DNA of 49,884 nt, filler included, from Sphacelaria rigidula (lineage: Eukaryota), in assembly GCA_964200075.2 (NCBI GenBank). It is 3 parts of 3 records of this genome, joined end to end, with 100 filler letters (N's around TTAATTAATTAA, not from the genome) between each part and the next. Parts side by side here need not be neighbours in the genome. Positions count along the whole stretch, not along the records: positions 33,329 to 49,884 come from CAXNAA020001314.1; 2 more parts are not named here. One strand, given 5' to 3'. Position 1 is the stretch's first letter. Every line of letters begins with the position of its first letter. Made by a program: the position numbers and the translations under genes. The notes under the pieces are model-generated. The model worked only from the letters and a program-made list of their open reading frames with translations. It was not told the origin of the DNA and ran no database searches. Shown here one piece after another: positions 46,901 through 49,884 of the stretch.

Positions 46901-47292
46901 TACTGGAATCGCCGTCGCAGATTCACTCGGGCGATGGATCGCGGTACGATCACCACTGGAGTGATGCTACGGATGGACAGAAAGCCCAGTATATTTGGGC
47001 TCCTACAAAAATGAGACCCAGAAACAAAAGGTGCAACCTCTATCGTAGCATTGCTCACTGATCGTAGTCATATGTTGGATGACTGATAAATACTTTGTCA
47101 CATACTTCCATTCTGCACAGTGATGGGGCAAGCGACTCCACTCGGAGCCGATTATCTCCATGATTCGACAGCCGGTATGGCCTACAGTCCATACCCCGCC
47201 GCTCGCGTTTCTGAACAATTCCTATAACAGTTTGTGCATTCGGCCACCCGCCTCTGGAATTGGTGCGATGGTGATTTTCTCCTTTTTTGTTG

Positions 47293-47621
47293 GCCGCCGC
47301 GCCCCGGCAGTGTAATGGTCCGATTGTCACCATTAGGGTGGACAGAACGAGGGTTCGAATCCCGATGCGTTGAGTTTTGCTTCGAAGAATGTGATTTTCA
47401 CCGTCGAAAGCGTGAGTACGTGATGAAACAAAAAAGTAGTTGACTGGGTCTGTTTGACGGAAGTTGACGCGGTACGGGAGTGGTGATAGTCATGACCCAA
47501 TCCTCGACACCAAAATTCAAGGCGTGTACCGACGAGGGATGGGTTGATCCCCTGAGACCAAGGACTCGTCCCGAGGAAGGGAAGAGGTTCAAAGTGCGAC
47601 AAATAAAAGAAAAAGAAAAAA
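47293..47621 (+). mobile_element. SINE-like family 2, full-length copy
   Basis: A-box-like CAGTGTAATGG, B box GGTTCGAATCCC, body collinear with 5423-5738, ends AAAGTGCGACAAATAAAAGAAAAAGAAAAAA. Confidence 0.8.
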
Positions 47622-48530
47622 TGGATTCTTTATGACGAGGTAGCGTAATGGGCGTGCCCGTCGAGGGACTCACTTCCCTCCACTCTGTATGCGTATCGTC
47701 CCGTTTTCGTTTGAATGCGCAACTGCCGAGGGAGCGAGGTGCGCCGGTCCCTTCCCTTTGAGTCATTGTGGTGGCTCAGGAACGTGGCGGGATATCCACC
47801 TCCGATTCACCCCTGACGTTTGCGTGTAGTTCACTTGCGTTTCTCCTGACATTTGCGAACGACCGATCGCTTCATAACGGCCGACCGTCGTCCCGTAAAT
47901 TGTTGGGGAGTGTGACACATGTTGCTGGATCATCATTCAGGCGTACGTGTGAGCATCTTACACTCTAAAAAGAGCATGCACCAACGATTGACTCACCACA
48001 ACGAGTTGGCTTTTCGGTATCTTGTTGTTTTTCAACGTATGGTACTCGCGGGAAGCCACAGTTTCCCGAGCATCGATAATGGGTTGTTAGATTCTGCCAT
48101 TTCACTGAGGTGAGTATTTGCTTGTGTAAAGTGACTGTTGCTTCCGTGTTTTTATTGCCTTGCCAGGCTAACTGTTCGTCATTTTGTCACAAGAGCTGGA
48201 CATACGTGAAACTCCTAGATGAGTGACATGCTCCGACAAGATAAAAGATGTGAGCGTCTGATAACCCTTTAATAAAGGTGTCTGCATCTTTCGTGGCACG
48301 TCTCCGATAGCTAACGATAATTGAGAACACCTACATTTTTTGTTGAGGTTTTCTTCGCGACTTTTGGCCGTTCCCGCTGTAGCTTGTTGTGGTTCGCACA
48401 TATTACTGTTTGAGCTCTTCACGGTTAATCTACAGCTGTCGTGGTGCGGGAGTAAAGTATGGTATGAAGCACCTCCGTTCCTTTCGAAAAAGACGTGCAG
48501 ATGTTCCGTATGCGGGTGGGCTGATGGGAT

Positions 48531-49183
48531 ATATATGATCGTGACGTCATAGATTACATCATCCTTCGCCATTGTCCATGGAAGTAGATATCATGTTTCT
48601 GGCAGACGAATCGGAGAAGGATACTGCCAAGTGAAGACAAACATCTATGTTTATATTTGACAGGGCTTCTCAAGAGATGTTGCCGGGTAGACGCGTCTGG
48701 CTCATTGTTAGGGTATTGGTCTTATGGTAGATGAACATCTGTGGTTACGGGTGACGCATCTGTTGGCTCACGACTTCGGAATTTCAGTAGTTGTGCCTCG
48801 ATCGGCTTCCAACTCCCTCGTTCGGCCACTAGCTCATCCGACCATCTTCAGCAAACAGCAGAGAACCGTACGGTAGAAATTTAATTAAAACTACCCATCA
48901 GGGTTTGGGGACCTCTCCTTCTCAGGCTCTTGCAATCGAGTGTTCCAGCCTTCGTCGACCGGACATTGTTTAGGTGATTATCCGACTGTGGGGGTGTTCT
49001 GTACCGTTCTATCTCACAACTATTTTGATTCATTAGTCTTAGCTTGGAGTGCTCCGCAGTTTGAGCCGAGGCTCGAGCTGCTTTTAGACAAGTACACACA
49101 CAAATCAAGTCACTCTAAGGGCAACGACGGTCACCGACGCCTCGTGTTGGGATACCTGGATTCGTAGCGTACTTTCAATGACA
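48531..49183. mobile_element. LTR-like direct repeat, copy 2
   Basis: Diverged direct copy of 43199-43871. Confidence 0.55.
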
Positions 49184-49831
49184 GACGTCAGATCCTTCGG
49201 AGAAAACAATCCGAACTGAACCCATCTGGTGGGTATCGAGCTCGCGTTTGTCGTTCTCATGGTTTCAAGCGTTAACAGGGGATCCTGAAAAGTGGGGCCG
49301 AGACCGAAAATGGGGTGAAATCCACCTTCCCAAAAGTCACATTTCCCCTCAAACAGTTTTGTGAAACGAAAGCGTATCCTGTCTTTTGTTTCTGTTCAAG
49401 TTAAGCAAGTGTGACTAGGTGCACCGAATCAAAGCGGTGTACACGTGTCCTTTGTACGTCCTCGTCCGGCGATTCCCAATTTGTAGATAGATTGGTATCA
49501 TGTTACCAGCACACACCCTAGTTGCCGTCTTCGGCACAAGAACGGCAGGCGGTTAGCCGTACAGCCCCTCAAAGAAGATCCGGGTGCCCAGGGTTGCCGA
49601 ATCTTGATTGACATGCCAGCCTCTTGTCTGTGGTGCTGACCAATGCAAGATCGATTCCTCTCTGCCTCTCTTCTTAGACAGGACGTGCCTCTGTGCGCTA
49701 CGGAACACGGCATCGAAAAGCATGGCGATGTTCCCGTCACCACTAGAGGTATCTTTTTTCGTTCTGCATGCCAAGAATGTTTCCACGAGTATTTCATCTC
49801 TCACACGCACACACCCAACTGACACCCTAGA

Positions 49832-49884
49832 CACCCATGAGGCAGTGTATAAGCCGTGGCTATCTCTGGAAGTGGCGATACCAC
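49832..49884 (+). repeat. Dispersed repeat shared with 33068-33113 (runs off window end)
   Basis: CACCCATGAGGCAG.GTATAAGCCGTGGCT.TCTC.GGAAGT..CGATACCA at both loci. Confidence 0.7.

Overview
Eukaryotic, intron-rich, repeat-dense genomic DNA. The intron style, formin architecture and repeat types suggest a brown alga or related stramenopile; this is inference, not a database match. The only intact gene I can support is a six-exon, + strand formin (about 6306-15402, 1493 aa if the ATG at 6306 is the start). All five introns are GT-AG and their phases join the exons into one open frame. The predicted protein has a low-complexity N-terminus, a candidate PH-like domain split by intron 1, a proline-rich FH1, and an FH2 domain with unusually large insertions and no C-terminal DAD tail. 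The rest is mostly decayed mobile DNA: two tRNA-headed SINE-like families, a shared retroposon 3' stem-loop/tail motif, an RTE-like LINE endonuclease fragment, nested Gypsy pol fragments between LTR-like direct repeats, hAT-like non-autonomous elements, two copies of a ~430-440 bp almost fully palindromic foldback element, and local tandem duplications. Two 100-nt N/TTAATTAATTAA spacers are artificial scaffold joins. I found no convincing novel multi-gene system, CRISPR array or RNA-guided nuclease. The best leads are the atypical formin and the retroposon and foldback families.
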